Position numbers and translations under genes: made by a program | Part shown: piece after piece, positions 59,467-64,000 of the stretch | How the letters are laid out: the number at the start of each line of letters is the position of its first letter | Position numbering within the stretch: the stretch's first letter is position 1 | Origin: an uncultured Actinomycetota bacterium | GTDB lineage: Bacteria > Actinomycetota > Actinomycetes > Mycobacteriales > CADCTP01 | Direction: 5' to 3' | Assembly (NCBI GenBank): GCA_963803135.1 | Contig: CAWDLH010000008.1 | Coordinates: 957,732 to 1,021,731 of the forward strand | Length of the DNA stretch: 64,000 nucleotides | Notes under the pieces: model-generated | What the model saw: the letters and a program-made list of their open reading frames with translations, nothing else | Databases searched by the model: none | Told to the model about the DNA's origin: nothing

Positions 59467-60503
59467 CAGTCCTCCCCGCCGAGCCGCCAGCTCGGCCTGG
59501 CCCCGGCCACGACCGGCACCGGCGCGCTCTCGGGCCGCGGCGCCGGGGCGGGCGGCCGGACCGGCTCGACGCCCGGCGCCCGGTGCGCGTACCCGACCGC
59601 GTCGGCCACGCCGGCGAACCCGCGCTCGGCCAGCGCGGTCTCCAGCTCGGCCAGCACCCGCACCGGCGCCGACGGGTCGCCGAAGACCGCCGTGCCCACC
59701 GACACCGCGCGCGCCCCGGCCAGCACGAACTGCAGCGCGTCCAGGCCGGTGCGGATCCCGCCCACCCCGAGGATCGGCACCGCCGGCAGCGCGGCGTGCA
59801 CCTGCCAGACGCAGCGCAGCGCCACCGGCAGGATCGCCGGCCCGGACAGCCCGCCGGTGACTCCGCCCAGCACCGGCCGCAGGGTGTCCGGGTCGATCAC
59901 CAGCCCGAGCAGCGTGTTGACCAGCGTGAGCCCGTCCGCGCCGGCGTCGGCGCAGGCCCGGGCGACCGCGACGATGTCGGTGACGTCCGGGGACAGCTTG
60001 GCCAGCACCGGGATCCCGGCCGGCAGCTCGGCCCGGACCGCGGCGACCACCCGGGAGGCGGCCAGCGGGTCGCAGGCGAACACCTCGCCCCGGCTCTCCA
60101 CGTTCGGGCAGGAGATGTTCACCTCGACCGCCACCATCGCCGGCGCGGGCACGAGCCGGCGGGCGAGCTCGGCGTAGTCGGCCACGCTGCCACCGGCGAT
60201 GCTCACCACGGCCCGCGCCCCGTGCTCGGCCAGCCAGGGCAGGTCATGGGCCACGAACGCGTCCACGCCCGGGTTCTGCAGGCCGATGGAGTTGAGCATG
60301 CCGCTCGCGGTCTCGGCCATCCGGGGCGTCGGCCGCCCGGCCCGCGGTCGCAGCGTCACCGACTTGGTCACCACCGCGCCGAGCGTGGAGACCGGCGCGA
60401 ACGGCTGCAGCTCCCGCCCGGCCGCCGCGCAGCCGGACGCGGTGAGCACGGGGTTGGGCAGCACCGCCCCGGCCAGGTCGGTGGTCAGGTCCACGGGGCT
60501 CAC
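59463..60503 (-). CDS. pyrD: Dihydroorotate dehydrogenase catalytic subunit (class 1B type)
   Basis: [11 protein letters not shown]...NSIGLQNPG...EVNISCPN...GGLSGPAI...GVGGI. GTG 60503 overlaps the pyrK stop (GTGA). Pro-rich C-terminal tail. Confidence 0.95.
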   Translation of the reverse strand: MSPVDLTTDLAGAVLPNPVLTASGCAAAGRELQPFAPVSTLGAVVTKSVTLRPRAGRPTPRMAETASGMLNSIGLQNPGVDAFVAHDLPWLAEHGARAVVSIAGGSVADYAELARRLVPAPAMVAVEVNISCPNVESRGEVFACDPLAASRVVAAVRAELPAGIPVLAKLSPDVTDIVAVARACADAGADGLTLVNTLLGLVIDPDTLRPVLGGVTGGLSGPAILPVALRCVWQVHAALPAVPILGVGGIRTGLDALQFVLAGARAVSVGTAVFGDPSAPVRVLAELETALAERGFAGVADAVGYAHRAPGVEPVRPPAPAPRPESAPVPVVAGARPSWRLGGEDW

Positions 60504-61374
60504 GGCGTGGCCCCCAGCGCGTCCGCGGGCACGGTGCCGACGTCGTCCCACCGCACCCGGTCGTGCTCGAACACCGGGCCGTCCACGCAGGACCGGCTCA
60601 TCCGGGTCACCCCGTCCTCCCCCACCACCGGCAGCACGCAGGTCATGCACACCCCGATACCGCAGGCCATCGACTCCTCGACCGCCACCTGGCACGGCAG
60701 CCCGTACGAGGCGGCGACGGCGCCGACCGCCCGCAGCATCGGCATCGGGCCGCACGCGTACACCGTCGACGCGCCGGTCCGCTCGATCTCGTCCGGCAGC
60801 GCGTCGGCCACGGTGCCGCGCCGGCCGGCCGAGCCGTCGTCGGTGGTCACGGCGACCGCGCCGGCGGACCGCTTGGCCTCCAGCTCACCGAAGATCCGCT
60901 CGTGCGTCGCGCCGCCGAGCAGGAAGTCCACCCGGCACTCCCGGGCTCGCAGCGCGTCGGCGAGCGAGAACAGCGGCGCCGAGCCGTACCCGCCGCCGAC
61001 CAGCAGGCAGCCGGTCGGCGCGGCCGGCAGCCGGAACGGCGTCCCCAGCGGACCGACCACGTCCAGCGGCTCGCCCGGCCGGACCACGGCCAGCCACTCG
61101 GTGCCGCGGCCGTGCACGCCGACGACGATCTGCACGGTCCCCGAGTAGGCGCCGACCGGGGTGGTCCGGTAGACCGCGAACGAGCGGCGCAGCAGCAGCG
61201 CGGAGACCGGCCCGCCGACCGACAGCGCGACGAACTGGCCGGGCCGGAACCGCTCGGCGATGCCGCCGGCCGCGATCTCGACCAGGTGGTACGCGCCGAC
61301 CCGGCGGCGGGCCAGCACCTCGCCGCGCACCTGGACCGGTCCGGCCGGCCCGGGTGACGTGGTCCCGGCGACCG

Positions 61375-61378
<4 letters not shown>
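60500..61378 (-). CDS. pyrK: Dihydroorotate dehydrogenase electron-transfer subunit (FAD/[2Fe-2S])
   Basis: RRSFAVYR (FAD RxxS motif), [13 protein letters not shown]-terminal [10 protein letters not shown] cluster. GTG 61378 overlaps the carB stop (GTGA). Confidence 0.9.

Positions 61379-64000
<2,622 letters not shown>

Overview
Very high-G+C actinobacterial chromosomal DNA (my impression by eye is well above 70% G+C; not computed). Calls rest on reading the supplied translations, my own reverse-complement translation at key junctions, and recalled family motifs. No BLAST or HMM search was possible. The window is mostly conserved core genome. One block resembles M. tuberculosis Rv1475c-Rv1488: acn, ripA-like, moxR1, DUF58, VWA, fabG1, inhA, hemZ, DUF3097, NfeD, SPFH. 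Other conserved blocks are pheST; TrmH-rplT-rpmI-infC; hisG; ribH-ribBA-ribE-rpe-rsmB-fmt; and priA-metK-coaBC-rpoZ-gmk-mihF-pyrF-pyrD-pyrK-carB. I saw no rRNA, tRNA, CRISPR array, transposase or integrase. Most of the very long ORFs in the track are stop-poor high-GC artefacts. Four things stand out. (1) An accessory minus-strand operon at 3.6-6.7 kb encodes a secreted cupredoxin, a 30-codon membrane micro-ORF with a strong SD, a PaaK/F390-type adenylating ligase, and a 9-TM protein with YD / GxGD / PAx motifs in the presenilin/signal-peptide-peptidase arrangement. This is my best candidate for an undescribed system. (2) A compact ATP-grasp plus phosphohistidine-swivel protein is inserted between coaBC and rpoZ. 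(3) GC-rich short tandem repeats (units of 11-75 nt) are unusually dense, several inside housekeeping genes. Apparent frame breaks occur in pyrF, rsmB and the N-terminal extension of a PH-domain protein. These may be real or may be assembly indels. (4) Non-canonical starts are forced by conserved N-termini: infC ATC and fmt CTG.
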